From: Candidatus Solincola daggyaiensis
GTDB taxonomy: Bacteria; Actinomycetota; Geothermincolia; Geothermincolales; RBG-13-55-18
Direction of reading: 5' to 3'
Assembly: GCA_015711825.1 (NCBI GenBank)
Contig: JACVJD010000004.1
Span: 1-58,411 of the forward strand
Length of the DNA stretch: 58,411 nt
The notes under the pieces were generated by a model. The model saw only the letters and a program-made list of their open reading frames with translations, was not told the DNA's origin and ran no database searches. Position numbers and translations under genes: made by a program. This document shows, in pieces, positions 9,394 through 19,052 of this stretch (position 1 is the stretch's first letter; each line of letters starts with the position of its first letter).

Positions 9394-10764
9394 CTACACC
9401 CCCTCCATGAGCTGACCGGGGTTGAGCAAACCCTTGGGGTCCATCACCCGCTTGAGGTTCCTGATGAGACGGATGTTCTCGGGGTCCATGCGGGAATAGA
9501 CCAGCTCCGCCACCTCGCCGCGGGGCCGGTTGACGTGCGCTCCCCGGTCGAGGACGGAGCGGTAGGCCCGCAGCCAGGCCTCGCGCGCCCCGCCGTCCCC
9601 CTCCTGGTGGTGGATATCCGTCTCGCAGTAGAAGGCGGCGCCGTAATAGGAGGGTATGGCCACCCGCCCCAGGGGATACCCGCCCGCCGCCTCCTCCACC
9701 GCCGCGAAGAGCGCCGCCGCCTTGCCGGCGAAGGTGAAATAGTCCACCGTGGTGAGGTCGCCGCGGTAATAGGCGCGCTGCGAGAGGTACCACGGCCACT
9801 CGAACTTCTCCTCCATGCGGCGCGCCAGCTCCCCGTCCCCCACCTTTCCGCCGCAGGAAAGGGCCATCTCCCGCGTCTGCCGGTCCCAGATCTCCACCAG
9901 GGAGGGATGGTTGTCGAAACCGAAGACCACGCTCCATGCCGGCAGCTCGCCCGCCAGGGAGTCCGCCTCCTCCGCGCTGCCGCTGAGGAGCACGGAGAGG
10001 TAGCGCCGGTCGGCCGCCACGCACTCGAAGACCTGGTCGTGGCGGGAGGCCAGCCGCGCCGCCTTTATCGCCTGCTCCGCGTCCTCGAAGGCGTAAGCGG
10101 TGACCCGCCTTTCCTCCCAGCGCTTATAGATCCACGCCTTCATGGCGTAGGGCATGCCGAAGATGTCTTCGCTGGCATGGAATAAATTGGAATACATGGG
10201 CCCGAGGTCCTCGCGGAACTCCGAGTGCCCGTCGGGGGTATACTGGTCGGTGCCGCTCATCCACAGGCGCCCGTCGGCCAGGATGGCGTGGAAGGTGGTG
10301 AACTGGTAGGGGCGGGTGGCCCCGTTGGCCAGGATGACGTCGCGGTCGATGTAGGAGCGCACGATGGAGGAGGAGGTCGCCGCGGCGGGCATGAGTATCC
10401 TGAGGCCGCGGGCGTCCAGCTCGCGCTTCAGCTCCTCGAAGGTGACGCCGTATTCCACGAAGGCCAGCAGGTTGGCCTCGTCTATGCGCACGATGCGGTC
10501 GATGCCCCTGAGGTCCACCAGCACCCCCCCGGACTCCGCCACCCCGGGGTCCACGAAACCGCGGCGGTGGGTGAAGATGGGGATGTCGTTTTCGTAGGCG
10601 CAGGAGGCGATGTCCGCCAGCTCCAGATTGTCGCGCGGCAGCGCCAAAGCCAGGTCCAGCCGCGGTGGGGGTTGCCTGAAATACGGCTTGAGGGCCTCCG
10701 CTCCCTCCCGGATCACTCCCTTTCCCACTGCATCCTTGAGCTTCTCGCCGGTCCTGACGCTCAT
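9394..10764 (-). CDS. FAD-binding oxidoreductase (GlcD/GlcE-like)
   Basis: GGVLVDLRGIDRIVRID, VEYGVTF, C-terminal LKRVMDPKGLLNPG. Strong RBS. Confidence 0.85.
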   Translation of the reverse strand: MSVRTGEKLKDAVGKGVIREGAEALKPYFRQPPPRLDLALALPRDNLELADIASCAYENDIPIFTHRRGFVDPGVAESGGVLVDLRGIDRIVRIDEANLLAFVEYGVTFEELKRELDARGLRILMPAAATSSSIVRSYIDRDVILANGATRPYQFTTFHAILADGRLWMSGTDQYTPDGHSEFREDLGPMYSNLFHASEDIFGMPYAMKAWIYKRWEERRVTAYAFEDAEQAIKAARLASRHDQVFECVAADRRYLSVLLSGSAEEADSLAGELPAWSVVFGFDNHPSLVEIWDRQTREMALSCGGKVGDGELARRMEEKFEWPWYLSQRAYYRGDLTTVDYFTFAGKAAALFAAVEEAAGGYPLGRVAIPSYYGAAFYCETDIHHQEGDGGAREAWLRAYRSVLDRGAHVNRPRGEVAELVYSRMDPENIRLIRNLKRVMDPKGLLNPGQLMEGV

Positions 10765-10855
10765 CCTTCCACCTCCCCTATCTCCAGGGCGCTCCCCTGT
10801 CGCCCTGCCGCTTCACGCTCCTTCTCGAACCCGGGTCTCCGCGCCCCGGGGTGTC

Positions 10856-12298
10856 CTAATCCCCATGCCCATTTCCCCGGCACGGCGCCTCGGCGCCTCG
10901 CCTTCCCGCCCTCGCCCGCCGCAAGCCGTAGCCGGCCAGGGCCCAGGCGGCGTCCACGCACCTCTCCACCGAGTCGTAAACCGGCACCCCCATGCCCTCC
11001 AGGGCGCTGCACCAGCGCCTGCGGTCCACCTCCGAGGCCCCTAGGAAACAGGCCAGCAGCGGCTTCTCCGGGTGTTGCTCCTTGACCTCGCAGAGCAGGG
11101 CCGCGGCGTCGAACTCCGATTCCGGCACCAGGGTGAACACCGCCATGAGCATGTGCATGTTTCTTTCCTCCGCGAAGGCGCGCAGGATGACGCGGTAGGC
11201 GTCCTCCACCGACCCCTGCAGGGTCGCGGCCCAGATGTCCATGGGGTTCAGCAGCCGCGCCCAGCCCGGCAATCCCTCCCCAGCCCTGCGCGCGGCCTGC
11301 GGCGAAGGCGCGGGCAGGCACAGCCCGCGGCGCTGGCAGGCGTCGGCCACCAGCACCGTGCCCGCCCCGGTGATGGAGACCACGCCCAGGTTGGGCCCCG
11401 CCGGCACCGGGCAATACGAAAGGGCCTTGGCCGCGTCGAAGAGGCCGTCGATACCGTCCACCGCGACGACCCCGGCCTGGGCCAGCGCCCCCCGCAGCAC
11501 CGCCTCCTCGCCGGCCATGGAGCCGGTGTGGCTGGCGGCCATCCTCCCGCCCAGCTCGCTGCGACCCCCTTTGAGCATCAGCACCGGCTTGCCCTCGGTG
11601 ACGCGCCGCGCCAGCTCCAGGAAATCCCTCCCTCTGTGCAGCCCCTCGGTATAGATGCATATGACCTTGGTGGCTTCGTCTTCCCCCAGGTATTCCAGCA
11701 TGTCCACCTCGTCCACGTCCGCCTTGTTGCCCAGGCAGGCGACCTTGGAGACGCCGAAGCGCTGGGTGGACGCTATCCAGCGCGCGAACCCCCCGGCGAA
11801 GAGCCCCGTCTGGGCGATGATGGAGATGTCGCCCTCTTGCAAGGGATCCAGGGTCATGAGGGAGGTGACGAATCCGGAGGAGGTGGAGATGGTGCCCACG
11901 CTGTTCGGCCCCATCATACGCACGCCGCGCTCCCGCGCCGCGTCCGCGAGCTGCTTTTGCATGGCCGCCCCCTCGGCTCCCGCGTCGGAATATCCCGCCG
12001 CGCACACGATGACCTTCCTCACTCCCGCGTCGGCGCAGTCGGCGACGAAGTCGAGCATGAGCTCCCTCGGCAGCACCCCCACCGCCACCTCCACCGGCTC
12101 GCCGATGTCGCGCAGGGAGGGAAAGGCGGGGACGCCCATGATCTCCCCCGCCCGGGGGTGGATGGCGTATATACGGCCTCGGTAGCCGAAGCGCAGGAGG
12201 TTGGACAGGGTGATGTTTCCCAGCTTCATGGAGGAGCCGGAAGCCCCCGCCACCGCCACACTGGAGGGGTTGAAGAAAGCTTCCATGGTGTGAGCCAA
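10856..12298 (-). CDS. ADP-forming acyl-CoA synthetase alpha-type subunit (CoA-binding protein)
   Basis: FFNPSSVAVAGAS, GPNSVG, LGNKADVDE, AASHTGSMAG phospho-His loop, NPMD. No ATP-grasp domain. Confidence 0.88.
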   Translation of the reverse strand: MAHTMEAFFNPSSVAVAGASGSSMKLGNITLSNLLRFGYRGRIYAIHPRAGEIMGVPAFPSLRDIGEPVEVAVGVLPRELMLDFVADCADAGVRKVIVCAAGYSDAGAEGAAMQKQLADAARERGVRMMGPNSVGTISTSSGFVTSLMTLDPLQEGDISIIAQTGLFAGGFARWIASTQRFGVSKVACLGNKADVDEVDMLEYLGEDEATKVICIYTEGLHRGRDFLELARRVTEGKPVLMLKGGRSELGGRMAASHTGSMAGEEAVLRGALAQAGVVAVDGIDGLFDAAKALSYCPVPAGPNLGVVSITGAGTVLVADACQRRGLCLPAPSPQAARRAGEGLPGWARLLNPMDIWAATLQGSVEDAYRVILRAFAEERNMHMLMAVFTLVPESEFDAAALLCEVKEQHPEKPLLACFLGASEVDRRRWCSALEGMGVPVYDSVERCVDAAWALAGYGLRRARAGRRGAEAPCRGNGHGD

Positions 12299-12468
12299 GC
12301 CTTACCCCCTGTCGCAACACGGTCATGGTCCCATCGGGCGGCCATGACCCGTCCCGCCTCGACCTCTGCGAAAGCGCCGCCCTTCACCCGCGCCGAGGCT
12401 TCCCGTTTACCTCTCCGACCCCCGCATGGGCGCCTGCCCCTCGGCCACGGCGCCCCTTCCCGCTTCGC

Positions 12469-12618
12469 CTATACGAAATAACGGAAGGGCATCTTGGGAA
12501 GCTGGGTGAGCAGGAGCTTGGCGTAGCGCCAGTCCGAGGGCTCGGTGGAAACGGCCAGCCAGGCAACCAAACCTCCCGCGGCGCCCAGCGTGATCATCGC
12601 TTTGGTTCTTCTTTTCAT
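12469..12618 (-). CDS. Small single-TM membrane protein (49 aa), not in the ORF track
   Basis: Read by hand: GGGAGGCGAGG-ATG, MKRRTKAMITLGAAGGLVAWLAVSTEPSDWRYAKLLLTQLPKMPFRYFV*. C-terminus aligns with the 4312..4506 protein. Confidence 0.75.
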   Translation of the reverse strand: MKRRTKAMITLGAAGGLVAWLAVSTEPSDWRYAKLLLTQLPKMPFRYFV

Positions 12619-12912
12619 CCTCGCCTCCCGTCACTCCAGGCCCTTCTGCAAAGCCGTTCTTGTCTTACCGCTTGGATGCGACCCGCAAGCGCCCGCCACC
12701 TCTCCCGCTCGCACCACCCCTTATTCCGGACCATGGTGGCGGCGAGCCCTTGCCCGCATCCGCCGCCAACCCGGCCGCCGGCCGCATCCAGGCCATCCCT
12801 CAGACGCCCCCCGGGCCTCGACCAACCTCACATGCGTTCCCGCCCGGCAAGACCTCCGCTCGGATCCGCCATTGACCACCGGGGCAGGCCGCGTCGTTCT
12901 CCTCCCTTGCCC

Positions 12913-14430
12913 CTAGGCGTTGTCCTTCACCACCAGCCCACCGGTGATGATCCCCCCCGCGACCACCGCCGGCACCCCTCCTCCGGGATGGGTGGAAGCC
13001 CCTGCGAGGTAAAGGTTCTTAATGCACTTGGAGCGGTTGGCGGGGCGGAACACCGCCATATGGCTGAGGTCGGTCTGGATGCCGTAAACGGCGCCGCCCG
13101 GGTGCAGGAGCATGCGCTCGAGGTCCTTGGGCGTGGCCATATCCCGGTACACCACGTGCTTGGAAAGATCTGGTATGATATAGCGTTCGATGGTGGCTAT
13201 GGCCTCGTCTATGTACCTCTCCTTGTAGCGGTCCCAGTCGTTGCCCGCCAGGTTGTAGGGGGCGAGTCCCATGTGGGTGAGCACGTGCTTGCCGGGCGGG
13301 GCCAGCGAGGGGTCGATCTTGGAGGCCCAGGAGATAAGCCCCATCACCTCCACGCGCCCGTCCTTTACGTACAGTTTCCCCTTGAGGTAATAGTCGCTCC
13401 AGTAGTCGTTCATGATCCTGGGGTCGGTTAAGGTGAGGGTGTGATGGGCGTTGAGGGGCGGCTCGTAATCTATGCCCAGGTAGATCATGGGACAGGGCAT
13501 GGAGAGCACCAGGGATCTCACGCCTCTCCACACATGCCAGGGGATATGCTCCCTGCCGATCATGTCCTCATAGAGCTTCTTGGCGTTGATCGCCCCCACC
13601 ACGTTGCGGGCGGTTATCTGCGTGCCGTCCCAGAGCTCCACGCCGACGGCCCTGCGCCCCTCCACCATCACCCGCACCACGCGAGCGTCGAAACGCGTCT
13701 CGCCGCCAAGGTCTTCGAAGGCCTGCCGGATGCCGGCGGGGATGCGTATCATCCCCCCCTCGGGGTAGTAGATGCCCTCGTGCTCCAGGAGCCCCACGAT
13801 GGCGTAGAGGCCGGCGCACATGTCCGGCGGCAGGCCGGCGTAGAAGGACTGGAAGGCCATGGAAGCCAGCACGTCGGCGTTCTTGAAATATCTGGCAACG
13901 ATCTTCTGGTGCGTGGTGACGAACATGGGAAGCACCGAGACCATCTGGGGGTACTTGGCGATCAGCCTGACGGTGTCCATGAAACCCAGGGACGGCGCGT
14001 AGAAGAAGTTGTCCACCAGCCCCTTTATCTTCGGGGTGTAGTCCTCGGCGAACTTCAGGAACGCCTTGGCGTCCTCGGGCGAGAACTCCGCGATCACCCG
14101 CGCCGTGTCCTCCACCGAGGTGGGGTAGGCAAAGCGCACCCCTCTGGTGTTGTCGCAATAATCGTATATGGGGTCCACGGGGATGAGGGGGATGTATCTC
14201 TCCCTCGGCATCTCCAGGCGTTTGAAGAGCTCGTCGAAGGCGCGCGTCACCTCCACCACGCTGGCCCCCACGTCGAAGTGGAACCCCTCCGCCTCGTAGG
14301 TGGAACAGCATCCTCCGATGCGGTTTGACTGTTCCAGCACCAGGGTCTTCATCCCCGCCTTCTGGCACAGCGCCGCCGCCGAAAGCCCGCCGATACCCCC
14401 GCCTATCACCACCACGTCGTAATCGGGCAT
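12913..14430 (-). CDS. Phytoene dehydrogenase-like (COG1233/CrtI family) FAD oxidoreductase
   Basis: YDVVVIGGGIGG, GGCCSTYEAEGFHFDVGAS, LYLAGASTHPGGGVP. Confidence 0.9.
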   Translation of the reverse strand: MPDYDVVVIGGGIGGLSAAALCQKAGMKTLVLEQSNRIGGCCSTYEAEGFHFDVGASVVEVTRAFDELFKRLEMPRERYIPLIPVDPIYDYCDNTRGVRFAYPTSVEDTARVIAEFSPEDAKAFLKFAEDYTPKIKGLVDNFFYAPSLGFMDTVRLIAKYPQMVSVLPMFVTTHQKIVARYFKNADVLASMAFQSFYAGLPPDMCAGLYAIVGLLEHEGIYYPEGGMIRIPAGIRQAFEDLGGETRFDARVVRVMVEGRRAVGVELWDGTQITARNVVGAINAKKLYEDMIGREHIPWHVWRGVRSLVLSMPCPMIYLGIDYEPPLNAHHTLTLTDPRIMNDYWSDYYLKGKLYVKDGRVEVMGLISWASKIDPSLAPPGKHVLTHMGLAPYNLAGNDWDRYKERYIDEAIATIERYIIPDLSKHVVYRDMATPKDLERMLLHPGGAVYGIQTDLSHMAVFRPANRSKCIKNLYLAGASTHPGGGVPAVVAGGIITGGLVVKDNA

Positions 14431-14475
14431 GACGCATTCCCCCTATACGGCTAGCGATACTGACTTAAGGATATT

Positions 14476-14504
14476 ATATTACTATCTATTTTTACGGTTT
14501 TCAA
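14476..14504 (-). promoter_or_regulatory. Sigma70-type promoter for the COG1233 operon
   Basis: Minus strand TTGAAA-17 nt-TAATAT (overlapping TATAAT) in an AT-rich island about 45 nt upstream of ATG 14430. Confidence 0.6.
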
Positions 14505-14864
14505 CCTCAGCCGCGGGGCGGGAATATGAGGGCTTTGCCGATGGTCCCCGGTTTCGCGCCACCCGCCATGGGCTCACAGCATGCGTAGCGAGATCGGCGC
14601 AAGCTACATGGTTGCGGCCGCATGGCGATGCGGCCTCCATCTCCGCCCATGGAGGGCCGATGCGTCCGCCAGGGCGAGGAGGCACGGACTGGGGGCAAGC
14701 CGGGACTCCCCGCGCATCATCGGCATAAGCGCTCCCCCTGGCGACTTAAAGCATGTTCCCATGCGTTCTCGGTGCAGCGTCGTCTTCACGCAATCGCTCC
14801 CTTCCCCGCTTCCAGCCCATCCAGGAAGCCGCGAAAACCGCTCGGCGGCTCAAAGCCTACGGTT

Positions 14865-16070
14865 TCAGCGCAGGAACTGGATGACGACCTCCGCTCCCGC
14901 CTCCAGGCGCCCCACCTCTTCGGGAAGCACGGCCAGGGCGTTGCCGAGGACCATGGACTTGAGGATGCCGCTGCCCTGGGGCCCGGTGGGGCGAACGTGA
15001 TAGCGACCGTCCCGCCACTCCGCCACCACGCGGATGAACTCCGTCCTGCCCGCCTTCCTCCCCAGAGGGGCGTCGAGGATCGCGGTGGCCTGGGGCCGGA
15101 AGATGTCGCGGCGGCCCATCATCTTGAGGATGGCGGGACGGACGAACTGCTCGAAGGAGACCATCACCGAGACGGGGTTCCCCGGCAGACCGAAGAGCGG
15201 CTTGCCGCGGACGTGCCCGAAGGCCTGGGGCTTGCCGGGACGCATGGCCACCTTCCAGAAGTTCATCTCCCCCACCTTGCCCAGCACGTCCTTCACCATA
15301 TCGTAATCTCCCACCGACACGCCGCCGCTGGTCACGAAGAGGTCCACCTTCTCCAGGTTGTCGAGGATGGTCCTCTCCAGCAGGTCGGCGTCGTCGCGCA
15401 CCACCCCCAGGCGCAAGGGCTGCGCCCCCGCCTCGTGCACCATGCCGAAAACGGTGTAGCTGTTGGAGTCGCGGATCTTGCCCGGCGCCAGCTCTTCCTC
15501 TACCCCCACCAGCTCGTCCCCGGTGGAGATGATCCCCACCACGGCGCGGCGGAAACAGCGGGGCCGCGCGTAGCCGAGGCTGGCAAGCATTCCCAGCTCG
15601 GCGGGGCCTATGGCCGTCCCCGCCGCCATCACCGTCTCGCCGCTCTTCACGTCCTCCCCGGCGCGGCGCAGGTTGGCGCCTTTCTCCACCGCTTCCAGGA
15701 TAAGCACCCGTCCCCCCTCGCCGCGGGTAAGCTCCACCGGCACCACGGCGTCACAGCCCTCGGGCACGGGCGCGCCGGTCATGATGCGCAGGGCCTGCCC
15801 GGCTCGCAGCGCCACCTCTGGGGCGTGCCCCGCCGCCAGGTCTCCGAGCACTTCCAGCTCCGCGGGGCTTCCCTCGCGGGCTCCGGCCACGTCCTCCGAC
15901 CTCACCGCGTAGCCGTCCATGGCCGAGTTGTCGAAGGGGGGAATGTCTTCGCGCGCCACCGCGTCCTCCGCCAGGGTCATCCCCAGCGCCTCCAGTAGCG
16001 GCGTCTCCGCCGCCTCCAGCACGCTTACCGCGCTCAGCACCTTCTCCCTCGCCTCTTCCACGCTCAGCAT
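14865..16070 (-). CDS. moeA: Molybdopterin molybdo/tungstotransferase
   Basis: PPFDNSAMDGYAV, RIMTGAPVP, STGDEL, TSGGVSVGDYD, MRPGKP, GLPGNPVS. Confidence 0.95.
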   Translation of the reverse strand: MLSVEEAREKVLSAVSVLEAAETPLLEALGMTLAEDAVAREDIPPFDNSAMDGYAVRSEDVAGAREGSPAELEVLGDLAAGHAPEVALRAGQALRIMTGAPVPEGCDAVVPVELTRGEGGRVLILEAVEKGANLRRAGEDVKSGETVMAAGTAIGPAELGMLASLGYARPRCFRRAVVGIISTGDELVGVEEELAPGKIRDSNSYTVFGMVHEAGAQPLRLGVVRDDADLLERTILDNLEKVDLFVTSGGVSVGDYDMVKDVLGKVGEMNFWKVAMRPGKPQAFGHVRGKPLFGLPGNPVSVMVSFEQFVRPAILKMMGRRDIFRPQATAILDAPLGRKAGRTEFIRVVAEWRDGRYHVRPTGPQGSGILKSMVLGNALAVLPEEVGRLEAGAEVVIQFLR

Positions 16071-16103
16071 CCCGGTCGACCTCCAGTCCCTTCCGCCTTC
16101 TTT

Positions 16104-16922
16104 TCACCGCGCCGGGGGCCTCCAGGGGCCCGCCTCCAGCCGTCCCTGCCCCGCCTCAGAAAGCAGGTAGGAGATGAACTCCAGCGCGCCGCCCACGTCG
16201 GTATCCGGATAAACGAGGGAGCTCACCACCATGGCGTGGAAGGCGTCCTCCAGCGCCTCTCCTCCCTCCAACACCATCTCCAGGCCAAGCTCCCCGGCCA
16301 GTCTCTCGTAGGTGTCGCGCCCCGTGAGGGTATAAGCTCCCCTCGAGGCCGCCAGCCTCAAGGCATCCTCCGCGCCCTCGAGGCACTCTATAAGCCAGTC
16401 GCCGCGTTCCTCCACGCCCGCCAGGCTCCAGAGCCCGGCCGCCTTGATGGCCGCCCCCGAGCCGTCCACCCGCAGCACGAAGGGCTCCTTCGCCTCCGCG
16501 ATACGCTTCAGCGCGCTCGCTATGTCCTCCGCCTCCCGCGCTCCCGCGGGATCGCCGGCCGGACCCGCCAGCAGGTATTCGCCCCGCATGATCTCCTGGC
16601 GGTCGGTCACATATCCCGCCCTCTCCAGGCTCTCCTCGTCGCTTGGGACATGGGTGAGGATGAGGTCGCACTCGCCATGCCGCGCCATGTCGCACACCCG
16701 GTCGTCGCTGTTCGTGGCCACCTCCACCCGGCGTCCGCTCTCCCGCTGGAAATCCCGCGCCCATGCCTCAAGCACCCCGCTGCCCTCCAGATCTGCGGTG
16801 GCGGCAAGCAGCAAGGGGGGACGTTCCTCCCCTCCGCAACCCGGGGCCGCGCAGAGCATAAGGGCGAAGGCCGGGGCGCCCGTAAGGGCCCACATCATAC
16901 GCCTAGAAAAAATCCTCGCCAT
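16104..16922 (-). CDS. Divergent TupA-like substrate-binding lipoprotein
   Basis: Lipobox-like APGC. Colinear with TupA (GECDLILTH, GPAGDPA, RVDGSG, AYTL) but TTTS replaced by ATAD. Start uncertain. Confidence 0.75.
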   Translation of the reverse strand: MARIFSRRMMWALTGAPAFALMLCAAPGCGGEERPPLLLAATADLEGSGVLEAWARDFQRESGRRVEVATNSDDRVCDMARHGECDLILTHVPSDEESLERAGYVTDRQEIMRGEYLLAGPAGDPAGAREAEDIASALKRIAEAKEPFVLRVDGSGAAIKAAGLWSLAGVEERGDWLIECLEGAEDALRLAASRGAYTLTGRDTYERLAGELGLEMVLEGGEALEDAFHAMVVSSLVYPDTDVGGALEFISYLLSEAGQGRLEAGPWRPPAR

Positions 16923-17023
16923 CACGGGGAACATTCTACACCAGGCGGGAAAGGGAAGGTGAGCGGGCGCCCCACCTTCACCGCTCAAGGGTCGGGAGCG
17001 TCCCGTCCATGCGCGCCCCACGG

Positions 17024-18118
17024 CTACGTGGAAAAGGGCATGACGTGGATGGCGGTGGCCTTGACCGCCGCCGTGATCACCGCCCCCGCATCGATACCCA
17101 TCTCCTCCCTGGAGTCGCGGGTGATATATGCCACCAGGGGAAAGCCGCAATCCAACCCCACCTTCACCAAAGCCCCCTGCGCCCTCACCTCCGTGACCTG
17201 GGCGCGCAAGCGGTTGCGCACCGAGCCCGCCTCCATCTCGCCGGGCAGCAAGGCGACCTCCTCGGGATGGATGAGCACCTTGACCCTCGATCCCGGCGGC
17301 AGCTCGCACAAGGCCTCCATCTCCACGCCCGCGACCTCCAGGCGCGCGACGCCTTCCCGGCTTTCCGCCACCTTCCCCTCCAGCAGGTTCTCCGCGCCGA
17401 GGAACTCCGCCACCACGTCCGCGGCCGGTTTGGCGAAGACCTCGCCCGGGGTGCCCGTCTGCAGCAGGCGGCCGTCGATGAGCACCGCCAGGCGGTCGGC
17501 GATCTCCAGCACCTCGTGGTAGTCGTGGGAGACGTAGAGGGCGGTCACCCCCATCTCCCTCACCAGGCCCGAGATATACGCCAACATGTCCTTGCGGGAG
17601 GGGGCGTCGAGGGAGACCAGGGGCTCGTCCAGGAGCAGCAGGCGCGGCCTGAGCACCATGGCGCGGGCCAGGGCCGTCTTCTGTGCCTCGCCGCCGGAGA
17701 GGGTGGCGGCGGCGCGGTCCGCGAACCGCGACAGGTCCATCCTGACGAGCATCTCGTCCGCCATCCTTCTGCGCTCTTCTTTTTTGACCCCACGCGCCTT
17801 GAGCCCGTATTCCACGTTCGCCCGCACGCTGCGCTTGAAGAGCAGGGGCTCCTGGAAGATCATGGCCATCTGCCGGGACAGCCCCCTCCTCTCCCCGCGG
17901 CCCATGCTCGAGAGGCGCGAGCCGTCCCAGAAGGAGATATCCCCGCTGGAAGGTCTTTCCAGCAGATTGATGATGCGCAGCAGGGTGCTTTTGCCCGAAC
18001 CGTTGGGGCCCACCACCGCCAGGATCTCGCCCTCCATCACCTCCAGGCTCTCGACGTCGAGCACTTTGCGCCCCTGGTAGAAATGGCGCAGGCCCGCGAC
18101 GGAGAGGAAGGCGCTCAA
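17024..18118 (-). CDS. tupC: Tungstate ABC transporter ATP-binding protein with TOBE domain
   Basis: GPNGSGKST, LSGGE, LLLDEP, C-terminal TOBE. TTG start overlaps the tupB stop (TTGA). Confidence 0.85.
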   Translation of the reverse strand: MSAFLSVAGLRHFYQGRKVLDVESLEVMEGEILAVVGPNGSGKSTLLRIINLLERPSSGDISFWDGSRLSSMGRGERRGLSRQMAMIFQEPLLFKRSVRANVEYGLKARGVKKEERRRMADEMLVRMDLSRFADRAAATLSGGEAQKTALARAMVLRPRLLLLDEPLVSLDAPSRKDMLAYISGLVREMGVTALYVSHDYHEVLEIADRLAVLIDGRLLQTGTPGEVFAKPAADVVAEFLGAENLLEGKVAESREGVARLEVAGVEMEALCELPPGSRVKVLIHPEEVALLPGEMEAGSVRNRLRAQVTEVRAQGALVKVGLDCGFPLVAYITRDSREEMGIDAGAVITAAVKATAIHVMPFST

Positions 18119-18894
18119 GCCGCGGCCCCCCCGCGGCGCCGGGAGAAGAGGTGGCGGGCGACCCTGGCCGGGTGGCTCAGCAACGTCCCCTGCTGGATCA
18201 GAGTCATCACCCACACCAGCAGCAAGGTCATGCCCAGGAGGATGATGCCCAGGGCGATGGCCTGCTCGCTGTTGCCCTTGCTCACCTCGAGGACGGTGGC
18301 GGTGGTCAGGGTCCTGGTGTAAGGCTCCCCGTTGACCAGGAGGTTGCCCCCCACCATCATCGCCGCGCCCACCTCGGAGATGATCCCGCCGAAACCGGCG
18401 ATGACCGCGGCGAGCAGGGAGAGGCGGCTCTCCCGCAGCAGGGTCAGTACCGATCCCGCCTCGCTCGCCCCCAATGACCTGGCCTGCATGCGCAGCTTGG
18501 GGTCCACGTTCTGCAACGCGGCCATGGTGATGCCGGCGATGAGGGGCATGGCCAGGACGATCTCGGCCAGGATGATGGCCCTGGGAGTGTATAGCCAGCC
18601 CAGAAAGCCCAGAGGGCCCCTGCGTTTAAGGAACATGTACACGAAGAGCCCCACCACCACCGGGGGGAGGCCCATGCCCGCGTTGACCAGGGTCACCAGT
18701 AACTTCCTCCCCCGGAAACGGTAAACGGCGAGGGCCGCCCCGAGCGGTATGCCCATGAGCATGCCCGCCGCGGTGGCGATGGCGCAGACGTAGAGCGTGA
18801 ACAGGGTGATCTTCATCACGTAGGGGTCCAGGCGGACGATGAGCTTCAGCGCCTGCACCAAGCCGTTCCAGATATCTCCCAAGCCTTTCCACAC
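18115..18894 (-). CDS. tupB: Tungstate ABC transporter permease
   Basis: MGLPPVVVGL, GPLG, SEVGAAMMVGGN, TRTLTTA. Confidence 0.92.
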   Translation of the reverse strand: MWKGLGDIWNGLVQALKLIVRLDPYVMKITLFTLYVCAIATAAGMLMGIPLGAALAVYRFRGRKLLVTLVNAGMGLPPVVVGLFVYMFLKRRGPLGFLGWLYTPRAIILAEIVLAMPLIAGITMAALQNVDPKLRMQARSLGASEAGSVLTLLRESRLSLLAAVIAGFGGIISEVGAAMMVGGNLLVNGEPYTRTLTTATVLEVSKGNSEQAIALGIILLGMTLLLVWVMTLIQQGTLLSHPARVARHLFSRRRGGAAA

Positions 18895-19052
18895 CTCCTT
18901 ACGCGGCGATGACGGCCGAAAACCCGTTCCCGGCGCTCAAACGGCGCCCTTTCCGTGAGACCGCCCCCCGTCCTTACGCTCCCTCTCCCTGGAGGACGCC
19001 GCCCCGCCATCGATCCCACCGCCCTTTCAAGGGAGAAACCGGCCCCTTGAAC

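Noticed and set aside
4742-10185. Very long plus-strand ORFs (1109 aa, 706 aa) and similar ones elsewhere
   Set aside because: Antisense shadows of well-supported minus-strand genes, typical of high-GC DNA.
12407-12634. 75-aa ORF from the ORF track
   Set aside because: The overlapping 49-aa frame has the RBS, a TM helix and a paralog, so it is preferred.
12913-14430. Calling the COG1233 genes crtI
   Set aside because: Family motifs only; no phytoene synthase or prenyltransferase context.
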